This document shows, piece by piece, positions 26,159 to 37,405 of a DNA stretch of 64,000 bases. Source of the stretch: Octopus sinensis (taxonomy: Eukaryota); assembly GCF_006345805.1 (NCBI RefSeq), contig NC_043005.1, positions 65,286,001 to 65,350,000 on the forward strand, in the 5' to 3' direction. The position numbers were made by a program, and so were the translations under genes. Every line of letters starts with the position of its first letter. The stretch's first letter is position 1. The notes under the pieces were generated by a model, which was not told the origin of the DNA, did not search any database, and worked only from the letters and a program-made list of their open reading frames with translations.

Positions 26159-26534
26159 CATATATGGGTACAGGACGTCACCAACGGTTCAAACAACAGG
26201 AAATACGAAAAGAACGAGCAAAAATGGAAAACAAGGCAACTAAACACGGTGAAAGGACCCTTCAACACTTGTCGGCTGTCTATCTACTCCTCATTTCAAA
26301 CATTCAATGACAATATGAGTCAGCAAAGATAGTTACTCCCATAATCTCTAAAATAAAATTTAGGATTTATGGATGGTCAAAGTTGGGAACAAAAGCATGA
26401 CATTGGAAACATACAAGGAAGACAACAGATGAAGGCTCCTTTCTCTGTGTTTACTTGTCCTGTTTCCCATTTTTCTCGTTGTTTACATTTTTCATGTTCT
26501 TTGCACCGTTGGTGACGTCCTGTACCCATATATG
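26159..26534. mobile_element. Head-to-head pair of PLE-type 3' ends with perfect 30 bp terminal inverted repeats
   Basis: CATATATGGGTACAGGACGTCACCAACGGT (26159-26188) and its reverse complement (26505-26534); a related copy lies at ~27240-27515; (TA)n on both sides. Confidence 0.8.
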
Positions 26535-26546
26535 CATGTATGTATG

Positions 26547-26595
<49 letters not shown>

Positions 26596-26596
26596 A

Positions 26597-26802
26597 AGTT
26601 AATCCAAACATGAAAACACAAAGAGAAAACGCAACAACGCGTGGACGTGGAACAAATATAGTATTATTGGACGCTCAGGAAGGAAGGGAAGAAGGAGGGT
26701 TTTACGTTTCGAGCGGAGCTCTTCGTCAGAAACATAGGAAAAGGAAAGATCCAGAAAAGGGAAGACGGAGGAAAAAAATCACTAACGGTACACACGTGGT
26801 CA
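26597..26802 (-). mobile_element. Short PLE-type end family (copies at ~48657-48862 and ~63007-63213)
   Basis: Three dispersed ~200 bp copies, each ending ...TTTGGATTAACT(TA)n and carrying a minimal HHR. Confidence 0.8.
26699..26733 (-). ncRNA. Minimal 35 nt type I hammerhead
   Basis: GUUU-CUGACGA-A-GAGC-UCC-GCUC-GAAA-CG-UA-AAAC; palindromic ACGU in place of stem III. Confidence 0.8.
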
Positions 26803-27360
26803 TGTGTGTGTGTGTGTGTGTTATTTACTATTTGTCATTTAATTGAACGTCACGCATCTATTTCCAAGTAAGTTTATTTCACCTGTTTTGATGCGATTCT
26901 GTTCTCTATAATCTTTTCTTACCCCGTCCCTCTCTAATTCCCTTTTTCTCCCTCTCCCTCCTTCGCTGTTTTTTATCTATCTCTCTTTCTCCTCTTCTGT
27001 CTCTCTCCCTCTTTCTCCTTTTCTCTCTCCCCCTCCCTCTTTCTCTTTTTCTCTCTTTCTCTTGTTGCTCATACGTGACCATCGTCCATCTTTCTTTTCC
27101 TCGCGTGAGCATCTTTCTTTTCCTGCACGTACGTTCAAAAGAGTGGACGTTTTTTCTCTCCCTTGTTTCTTTTCTCGCTTCAAAAAAATGTTTCTCACAG
27201 AGTTCACTATTTTCCTCTCGTTCTGGTCTAACGACCCTCATTGTTTGTTTTCGTTCGGTTTGCTTGTATATCTCCACTGTCTTGTTTTTGTTCCCAACTT
27301 TGACCCTCCTTAAATCCTAAATTTAATTTTAGAATTTATGGGAGCAACTTTCTCTGTAGA

Positions 27361-27422
27361 CTCATATTGACGTTGAATGCTCGAAATGAGGAGTAGATAG
27401 ACAGCCGACAACTGATGAAGGT
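27361..27422 (+). ncRNA. Candidate non-circularly permuted hammerhead
   Basis: CUCA-UA-UUGACG ... CUC-GAAA-UGAG ... CGACAA-CUGAUGA-A-GG; stem III 5 bp, stem I 5 of 6 bp, stem II weak in this copy. Confidence 0.62.
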
Positions 27423-27539
27423 TCCTTTCTCTGTGTTTACTCGTTTTCCATTTTTTTTCTCATTGTTTACGTTTTCATTTCGTTTGAACTGTTGGTAACA
27501 TCCTGTGCCTATATGCATATATATATATATATATATACA

Positions 27540-27808
<269 letters not shown>

Positions 27809-28595
27809 AACATAAACTATATATCATCTACTATTTATTAAGTATGTATATAAATATATATAATATAATATAATATAATATATATATTTTGATTTGAAAA
27901 CCCCACTAGAATGGGAGAAAGCGCTAATGATCTAAGTGATATGATATATATGTAAAAAATGTAATATATAAATAAATATCTGTAAATATAAACCATCCAT
28001 TACCTCATTTCTTCTAATATATATATATATATATACACGCGCTTAGGATAGAAAAGACAAGGTAGATAAAAAGACTGAATGAGATGGGAAAATAGTGAGA
28101 CAAACTACCGTATTCAACGCCAGTTAAGCAAAAAGTAATATCAAACTTAATGGATCCGTATTAATAGCAAGAAGGCAATAAGTTTCATTAGAATAATGAA
28201 ATGGAGGAAATATTCAACATACGTAATATTAACTTCAGATAAATGCACTTAAAGTGGTATGGAAAGACCTGATTCATCATTCTTATATCCGAAGAGATAT
28301 ACAAACATATACAAAAATACGGATGTGTAGACACGGATGCCCATATAAATATGTTATTATTATCATATACGTGCCCACACACTCATATGTATATATATAC
28401 ACACATAAATATATACTCAATACACATACACATATAAACATGTATATGTATGTGTATGTGTGTATGTATGTGTGTGTGCGTGTGGTGTGTGTGTGTGTGT
28501 GAGTGTGTGTGTGTGTGTTGATGCAAACAGGACAAATAGATTTCAAGATATGAGTATATATATATATATTTATTGATATTTAGCGGAAGTAACAA

Positions 28596-28999
28596 GGCGT
28601 AGGAGTGGCTGTATGGTAAGTAACTTGCTTACCAGCCACATGGTTCCGGGTTCAGTCCCACTGCGTGGAACCTTGGGCAAGTGTCTTCTGCTATAGCCCC
28701 GGGCCGACCAAAGCCTTGTGAGTGGATTTGGTAGACAGTAACTGAAAGAAGCCCGTTGTATATATGTATATATATGTATGAGTGTATATGTTTGTGTGTC
28801 TGTGTTTGTCCCCCAACATCGCTTGACAATCGAAGCTGGTGTGTTTATGTCCCGGTACCTTAGCGGTTCGGCAAAAGAGACCGATAGAATAAGTACTGGG
28901 CTTACAAAGAATAAGTTCTGGCGTCGATTTGCTCGACTAAAGGCGGTGCTCCAGCATGGCCACAGTCAAATGACTGAAGCAAGTAAAAGAATAATAGAA
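28596..28999 (+). mobile_element. SINE family A, full length
   Basis: GGCGTAGGAGTGGCTGTATGGTAAG head through CAAGTAAAAGA tail. Confidence 0.9.
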
Positions 29000-29046
29000 T
29001 GACTCAACGCCGGAGAGTTTCATGCGTTGGCACCTATTAAACACAA

Positions 29047-29078
<32 letters not shown>

Positions 29079-29125
29079 TATAATATATATATATATATTG
29101 CCTAAGTGCACCCCTCTTAGTGGAT

Positions 29126-29173
29126 ATTTACTATTGATGACGTGTAAAGATACAGAAATCATAATTTAGAAAT
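29126..29173 (+). ncRNA. Possible degenerate hammerhead (UUGAUGA core)
   Basis: AUUUACUA-UUGAUGA-C-GUGU-AAAG-AUAC-A-GAAA-UCAUAA-UU-UAGAAAU. Confidence 0.35.
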
Positions 29174-29438
29174 TGCAGTACCTCTGCTGGATGCTTTTCG
29201 TCTGCTATTGATACATTTCTATGCCTTCGTTTTAGCACAATGCACCCATACGAGAAACAATCTCAAGACACAGCAATTTTGACGCTTTTCATAGCATATC
29301 CACATTGAATTAGATATTAAAAATGCGATTCTGGACTAACTCTGCCTCCGGCGCTAATGAGGGATATGTGTTTGAACATACATACATACATACAAATGTG
29401 TGTATGTATATATGTGTGTGTATGTGCGTGTATGTATG

Positions 29439-29501
<63 letters not shown>

Positions 29502-29518
29502 TATATATACACACACAC

Positions 29519-29551
<33 letters not shown>

Positions 29552-30024
29552 CAGAGACAGAGAGGATATAATAGATGGAAAGGCAGCTATTGATGAACAG
29601 AACAAAGTTAAAGAATATATCGTATAATATGTAAGATGGAACAAAACAATTTAAAGATCGATTATTGAAATGCCAGATTAAAATAATAATGAATTGAGAA
29701 ATAGATTAACTATACTGGAAGAAAATCCCAATCAAATTTTCTTACAACGACAGATTTGTCCTTGTTCATCTTATTTGAAATGTTATTGCTTCATTTCTAT
29801 CATGAACAATAATATTATTTTCATTTTTTCGTTTGGAATGATTCGAAATAATTAAAGAATTTAATTATTTGCAATGAATGAGATTCTTATTAATTAAATA
29901 ACTAGGATCAGTCATTCGATCTTCCAGTACACGTGCTGAGAGCGGGCAGTCCTTTCTATGTCTGTTAGATACAGTTTGGAAGTGTTTAAATTAGTTTGGT
30001 ATATAAATCATTCTAACTTATATA

Positions 30025-30428
30025 TTGGGTTGTCCGGAAAGTTCGTGCCGATTTTTAAAGGAAGGAAAAAGTCAATAAATACTTGCTATTACATTTTTAA
30101 TCAACCAAATATGAACCATTTTGTTGCACAATGCTTCTCCATCTTTCCTTTTACTTGAAAATACCCTCTTCCCAGAATTGAGGTGGTTTCATGGCAAATA
30201 ATTCATCAAGGTATCTTTTTACGTCATCGAAGGAATTGAAATTTTTTTCATTAAGACTATTCTACAGCGCAGGAGTGGCTGTGTGGTAAGTAGCTTGTTT
30301 ACCAACCACATGGTTCCGGGTTCAGTCCTACTGCGTGGCACCTTGGGTTAGTGTCTTCTACTATAGCCTCGGGCCGACCAAAGCCTTTTGAGTGGATTTG
30401 GTAGACGGAAACTGAAAGAAGCCCGTCG

Positions 30429-30475
<47 letters not shown>

Positions 30476-31717
30476 TTGTGTGTCTGTGTTTGTCCCCCTA
30501 GCATTGCTTGACAACCGATGCTGGTGTGTTTATGTCTCCGTTACTTAGCGGTTCGGCAAAAAGAGACCGATAGAATAAGTACTGGGCTTACAAAAGAATA
30601 AGTCCCGGGGTCGAGCTGCTCGATTAAAGGCGGTGCTCCAGCATGGCCGCAGTCAAATGACTGAAACAAGTAAAAGAGTAAAAAAAAGTAAAGAGAGAGA
30701 GACCTGAATAAGTGGAAATCCGAAGGGGCAATATCTGGTGAATATGGAGGGCGGGGTAACACAGCCCAGCCGAGCTGCAGCAAACGTGCGGTCTTACATT
30801 ATCATGTTGGAAAGCATCACCCTTCCTGTTGGCCAATTCTGGACGTTTCTCTTGAATTGCTGCTTTTAACTTGTTCCGTTGTGTGCAGTATTTCTCAGAA
30901 TTAATTGTCAGGTTACTTGGGAGAAACTCTTAGTATAGAATTCCTTTCCTATCCCACCAGACACAAAGCAAGACTTTTTTAGGGTGAAGACCCGCTTTTG
31001 GGGTGGCTAAAGGTGGCTCATGTCGCCTACTCCAGGATCGCTTTCTCTGAACATTTCGGTAGATAATCCAATTCTCATCACCTGTCACAATTTGCTTTAA
31101 AAAAGGTGCATTTTCATTCCGTTTATAAAGGGAATCACAGATGAAAATGCGATCCAAAAGGTTCATCTCACTCATCTCATGTGGAACCCAAACAACGTAG
31201 CGATATGTGTACCCAAGCTTTACCGGGTGCTCATGAAAGGCGGATTTTGATAGGTTGAGGATTTCTGCCAATTCTCAGGTTGTGCAATGTGGGTTATTCC
31301 CAATTAATGACTTCATTTGGTCATCATCTGTAGTGAATGGTCTGCCTGATCGCTCTTTATCAATAAGGCTACAATCTCCAGCTCGGAACTTTGTGAAGCA
31401 CTTCCGTACAATTCTTTCGGATAAAGAAACATCACCGTAAACTGCGCATATTTCTTTCGTTGCTTGTGAGGCATTTTTCCCTTTACGGTAAAAGAATAGC
31501 ATCAAGTGCCGAAAATGAATTTTCTTATCTTCCATTTTAAAGGGTTACAGAATTAACACAGGTTATAGGAACATAAATCTTCTTCCACGAAAATATATCT
31601 TAAACTGTGCTCTAAATGGAAGTGAAGTCAAATCCTATTTTATGAACTCAACCATATTCTAAAATAAGTCGAAAGTTAAGCTACTATAAATCGGCACGAA
31701 CTTTCCGGACAACCCAA
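30025..31717 (-). mobile_element. Full-length defective mariner (DD34D, mellifera-like) with 30 bp TIRs and TA flanks
   Basis: TTGGGTTGTCCGGAAAGTTCGTGCCGATTT at 30025-30054 and its reverse complement at 31688-31717; transposase MEDKKIHFRH..WVPHEM..TGDENW..HDNVRPH..YSPDIAPSDFHLF with stops and a nested SINE. Confidence 0.95.
30267..30696 (+). mobile_element. SINE family A nested in the mariner
   Basis: Interrupts the transposase between ...FRSL and the downstream NSLNEKNFNSFDDV segment. Confidence 0.92.
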
Positions 31718-31989
31718 TAAATCTGTCGAGTGTATATTAAAAGTACATTCAGCGAAAGTTCTTCATAAGGAAATGAATGACAATGCAAACATTTTTTAAA
31801 AGAAAATTTGCTCTAGATCTAATGTACAATATAGAAGTATTATGAATTTCAGCTATGCTAAATTACTTTCCAATTATATTGAAATCTAATTAAATTAATT
31901 AATCGGTATGATTAAGTAATTCAAATATGTTTCGGTGTAAGTGAAAAATAAGTTTTGGAAGCACATAAATTCGAATTAAATACAAGACT

Positions 31990-32100
31990 CAGTATCTTAG
32001 TAATTCATTTTTCTGTTCATCATTATCCTCATCAACATCATCATCATCATCAACATCATCATTATCATCAACATCATCATCATCGTCAGTCATCATCATT
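31990..32100. repeat. (CAT/CAA)n trinucleotide repeat
   Basis: Direct reading; source of the poly-His pseudo-ORF. Confidence 0.85.
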
Positions 32101-32579
32101 GTCTTCTTTTCTTTTTTTTTTCTTCTTTTTCTTCTTCTTTATCATCTTCTTCCCCTTCGTCTTCTTGACATTATCATCCTCATTTTTCAGTTTACGGCGA
32201 TAAGCTGCCGCTGTAATAGATTCTAAGTTGAGTGTAATAGAATAAGCTAATTTAACAGTTGAGGTTTTAACATTTTAGTGATGCTAATACTGAGGAGCAA
32301 ATTTAACCTAGGAGGTTGTAAAAAGTATTTTCAGCATAGCTTTTTTACTTGTAAGTAAAAAAAAACATAACCAGGTCATAAGCCTTTTTATCCCCCTAAT
32401 ACGTAAAAATAATATACTGAAGTTCTACATACTAAAAAATTGAGCTCCTCAATTTCGTGGATATATTATACATCCATCCATTCATCCATCCATCCATTCA
32501 TCCATCCATCCATCCATCCATCCATCGAATCCATCCATCCATCCAATTAGGTATCAGCGAATTATTCTAAGGGTATGAA

Positions 32580-32670
32580 GAAAATGATTGCTTAACAAGT
32601 CTACAATGCTGGTGAAACATTTTTGGAAGCAATTTGCCACTACAGCCTTTATTTCTGGTGGTGCAAATTA
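32580..32670 (+). mobile_element. Possible pogo/Tigger DDE remnant
   Basis: QVYNAGETFWKQFATTAFIS resembles the pogo motif QVFNxDETGLFWK. Confidence 0.3.
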
Positions 32671-33003
32671 AGGATATCAGCTTCTAGAAAACACCTTGAC
32701 GCGAATGATACTAAATTAAGCTTGGCCGCCTATGATTTGATTAGCATGACACAGAATTGCCACCAGGACGTCACTTACGATCACCTCTAACGGACCCAGG
32801 ATGGATGCAATCCTTCAGCTCTTTAGCTGCTCATCCAGAAATAGTTATCACCTTACAAATTATGCATTCTGCGTGCAGAGAGAAATATATATATATATAT
32901 AAATTTCAGGGTAGTAAAATATTATTCAGAAATGTTTTAGCGCCGTGTCTAGTGTGTAGAAAAATTAGTCGATAGACAGTATATTATTCATTATATATAC
33001 AGT

Positions 33004-33275
33004 GTACATTTAAACACATAAGAGATGGCCGTAATCGGACATTTAAACCGCTAGGAGTAGTTAAAATCCAAAACCACAATTAGGGGTAATTTCGAAAGAG
33101 AAATTACTTTATTTGCTGAAGATAGCTCGAAATCATGGTCCAGGAAATAGATAGTAAATGTTTTTATTTTTCTTTCACTTTCGAAATTACCCCTAAGTGT
33201 GGTTTTGGATTTTAACTACTCCTTCTAGCGGTTTAGATGTCCGATTATGGCCATCTCATATGTGCTTAAATGTAC
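33004..33275. mobile_element. Fold-back element (~100 bp arms) with a degenerate HHR in the spacer
   Basis: Arms ~33004-33103 and ~33172-33275; spacer contains UUUG-CUGAAGA-UAGCUC-GAAA-UCAUGG-UC-CAGG (33112-33144). Confidence 0.7.
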
Positions 33276-33289
33276 ATAATATATATATA

Positions 33290-33304
33290 GATAGATAGAC
33301 AGAC

Positions 33305-33399
<95 letters not shown>

Positions 33400-33400
33400 G
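33290..33400. repeat. (ATAG)n microsatellite
   Basis: Direct reading; further arrays at ~34028-34157 and ~44945-45135. Confidence 0.95.
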
Positions 33401-34028
33401 AGACTGATTGATTGATTGATTGATTGATAGATGCGTATGCTTTATGTGCTTGTGAGTTTATCTATGTTTGTATAGGTACGACTAATCGAGGAACGATAAA
33501 ACATGATACAGTACCCAGACTATTACCCTTCCAGACAGGATCTTGTCTAAAGTCGGCTTCTAATGATAAAGAGAGACACAGTTATTAGCAAACAGTTTTC
33601 AACAAATATAAAATATCATTGACGACAATTACTATCGGCGACCCTGTCATGAGTTTGCTGTGAAATTTAATTACACTCTTAGCGGATATCCGACTGGATG
33701 TTAAATTGCTGATTCAATATTCAATATTGGAAGCAAAATTTACTCTACTAATTGTTTCCTCTCAGCCAGAAATTGTAACACTGCCTGGTGCTACATTCAA
33801 TATCTTGCTAATTCGCATTATTTTTAAGCAACCATATTAAAGTGTCAGTTATGTGTTATTATGTAATATGAGAAAACTTATATTAAAAATTTCACATTAG
33901 ATTACGATAATATTTGCATGTTTTATTACTCGATAAAAATAATTAATAAAATTTCTATTGTAATGATATCTTGTGGAAATTATAATATCAGTCGTAAATA
34001 ACTGATGTGTTTGTAATAAATTTACGAT

Positions 34029-34100
<72 letters not shown>

Positions 34101-34101
34101 G

Positions 34102-34167
<66 letters not shown>

Positions 34168-34292
34168 AACACCAGGACCTATAAGTATATATAACATACA
34201 TAAAATATCACTACTAGGCACCACACACATCCTACGCAAAACACTTTCAATACAGTGAAAGTAAGAGTACCACAACAAGTCATAGTATATAT

Positions 34293-34509
34293 ATTTCTTT
34301 ACTACCCGCAAGGGGCTAACACAGAGGGGACAAACAAGGACAGACAAACGGATTAAGTCGATTACATCGACCCCAATGCGTAACTGGTACTTAATTTATT
34401 GACCCCCGAAGGATGAAAGGCGGAATTTGAACCCAGAACGTAACGGCAGACGAAATACGGCTAAGTAATTTCGCCCGGCGTGCTAAAGTTTCTGCCAGCT
34501 CGCCGCCTT
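34293..34509 (-). mobile_element. tRNA-derived SINE family B (central domain resembles the Nin domain)
   Basis: Reverse complement starts AAGGCGGCGAGCTGGCAGAA, has the B-box GGTTCAAATTCC and TTTCATCCTTCGGGGGTCAATAAATTAAGTACCAG. Confidence 0.8.
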
Positions 34510-34579
34510 CAACAACTAACAGTATACACCCAAAGCACACAGAGCTGCGCAGTGAAAGCACGTGATAGAAATAAGACTA

Positions 34580-34669
<90 letters not shown>

Positions 34670-34670
<1 letters not shown>

Positions 34671-35224
34671 GAGTGAGAGAGCAGTTCATGCCATCAAAGT
34701 GACACTGGGATAAAATATACGAAGCCCAATATACCCACCATGACTACCCGTCTGATAAAGGTACACCAGGCACATGCATCACAACCATATGTGCGCGACA
34801 CAGTGATCTCATATCAAGATAAACAGCACATGACCTTGCAGGTGGGGCCCAGTTAGAATTTTCTTCAGGTTGAGTAGCCCATCCCGCTCAAACGGTCCCT
34901 GAATAAGGGTTGTTTAAGGATGTTGAAAGAAACACCCATGTTTCCAGAGGTGAATTATTCAAACCCCAAAGAATCCCTCCCAACACATGGCTATGATGCT
35001 CCCCCACTACTTCTGCTCGTGATCAGAGATACACATATCGTCAGCCACTAAGGGACATGCTCAACTGGTTAAGGTCAAACAACTGACAAGCAAATCTGTG
35101 GTATTGAGCAGAATATTTGCTGTAGCCCATCTTTTATACCAAGACAAAACAATGTACATGATAACACTTCCAATCAGTTAAGATCAGAAGCCATGAGAGC
35201 CACTGCCTGTTACTGCATCAGGGC

Positions 35225-35226
<2 letters not shown>
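34670..35226. repeat. ~555 bp higher-GC repeat of unknown class embedded in (ATT)n
   Basis: Sharp compositional boundaries with (AAT)n/(ATT)n arrays on both sides; resembles a high-copy octopus repeat as I recall it (unverified). Confidence 0.55.
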
Positions 35227-35255
<29 letters not shown>

Positions 35256-35271
35256 GTAATAATATTTATAA

Positions 35272-35435
35272 TGGTCTCAAATTTTAGAACTAGGCCAGCA
35301 ATTTCGAGAGAGGGCTAATTCGATTACATCGACCCTAGTATTCGACTGGTACTTATTTTATCGATTCCGAACCGATGAAAGGCAAAGTCGACCTCGGTAG
35401 CATTTGAACTCAGATGGTAGACAAACAAAATGCTG
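35272..35435 (-). mobile_element. SINE family B, partial
   Basis: CGATTACATCGACCC..CTGGTACTTATTTTATCGA..GATGAAAGGCAAAGTCGACCTCGG. Confidence 0.75.
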
Positions 35436-36889
35436 CTAAAAATACACAAGGGTACATGACATGATAATTTATCTCCAAGAACAATATAGCTGCTGATAAA
35501 TGACCTAAGTATATCTCACTTAGGAAGATTTGACTGCACCATTCTGCCTCTAAGCAGTCTACACAGACATACCGAAATATGTTCGTAATTGGTCCTTAAA
35601 TGCAAACATTAACCAAACTTTGCCTTAAGCATTTGAACTAACTTTAACCGACAATCTCCAGTTTTATTCGATTTTTCTCCTATTTTCTTTAAAAGTCGAT
35701 AACAACTGCCACTACATGTTTGTTATTTTCTCCAACTAAAGAATTCTAATCAATTAAAAAGTTTGTTGTTACGGCTGTCATCGCATTAAAACACTATTTC
35801 AAAGAGATCTAAGGAGAAAGAGAATTATGTATTTCTCTTTAAAATGCCAATACATATAGATAAGTTGATTGGAGTAAAATGCAAATAATCCATATCAAAG
35901 ACAACATATCCTGTTATTGTATAATTATTGATAAGAGATCAATAATTTTACTTTCTCAGGAGGCAATAACATCTCAGTGAATTATCTTTAAAAATGTCCA
36001 AATACATTTTCTACGACTCCAAATAGATTTTCTACAAGAATTAAAAAGAAAAACATTAAAAACAGCAAAATATAATTCAAATATTGAAAAATCGAAGAAA
36101 TAGTAAAAAATAGTTCATGTCATGTTAAGAATTTAATGTTCGTAGAAAAACTTTATATTCGGTGAAAAATATTAGTTAAATACTATTAATATTCCGAACT
36201 TTGCTCAAAAACTTAAGCATTGTTGAATTTTTAGCTTGATACTAGATTATGTTTGACGGTAGAAGTGAACCGTATCTGCTGGCATTCGTGTGGCAACAAC
36301 ATTGCCTGTAAACCCCTGTTCGGATGAAAGACTAATACAATTATTTTATCCAGACAAATATTTAAGTGTTAATCTAACATAAAATATTGGCAGACGATAG
36401 GTCGTTTGTTTGAAAAGTCTAACTGAATAAAATTTCTTTCTGTCTTAAGCTATGCTCTTAACCCCCCCCCCACACACACACACACACGCGCGCGCGTACA
36501 TATGTAATTATACGTAAGGATAATACTCAAAAACAGTATTAAGAACCGAAAGTAACACAAATGACAATAACCTAGTACAGTAGTATAAAAACTACCTGTA
36601 GTAGCAATACTTTTTCTACTATTACTACGTCAACTGTTAATACTTCTACACATAATAATTGTTTTAGATAAAGGGTTATGGAGTTTGGAAGGGAGGGTTT
36701 ATCAATTAGATCAATCCCAGAACTAGAGTGGTTTTACTTTATTGAATCCTGAAGTATGTAAAGGCAAGTTTATTTCGGCGAGATTTGAACTCAGAGCGTA
36801 AAAATCCGGAATAAATTCTGTCAGCCATTTGTGGAAGCTCTGACAAGTCTTTCAATCTACTGGTACAGCTAACAACTTATAGTACCTCT

Positions 36890-37122
36890 AGTAATAACCC
36901 TTTCTACCATAGGCAGAAGGACTGAAATGTTGGCTGAAGGGAAGAGTCGAATACATCAATCCCAGTGCTCGACTGATACTATTTTCATCGACCCCGAAAG
37001 AATGAAAGGCAAAGTCGACCTCGGCGACATTAGAACTCAGAACGTAAAGACGGGCGAAATGCATCTAAGCAGTTTGTACGGCGTGGTAACGATTCTACCA
37101 AAGCTCGCCACCTTAGTACGTC
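36890..37122 (-). mobile_element. SINE family B
   Basis: Same conserved core; further copies at ~36680-36830 and ~37415-37625. Confidence 0.78.
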
Positions 37123-37155
37123 TAATAATAATGATAATCCTTTCTACTCTAGAGT

Positions 37156-37405
37156 GGAGGCACGTGACTTAGTGGTTAGGGTGTCAGCACCATGATCGTA
37201 AGATTGTGGTTTCGATTCCTGGACCGGGCGACGCGTTGTGTTCTTGAGCAAAACACTTCATTTCACGTTGCTCCAGTCCACTCAGCTGGCAAAATGAGTA
37301 ACGCTGCGATGGCCTGGCGTCCCGTCCAGCTGGGGAACACATACGCCACAGAAACCGGAAAAGCGGGCTCGTGAGCCTGGCTAGGCTTTAAAAAAGGACG
37401 CATGT
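37156..37405 (+). mobile_element. tRNA-derived SINE family C
   Basis: A-box-like GTGACTTAGTGG, B-box GGTTTCGATTCC, then TGTGTTCTTGAGCAAAACACTT. Confidence 0.75.

Noticed and set aside
37156-37225. tRNA gene
   Set aside because: tRNA-like A/B boxes continue into a SINE body; not a standalone cloverleaf
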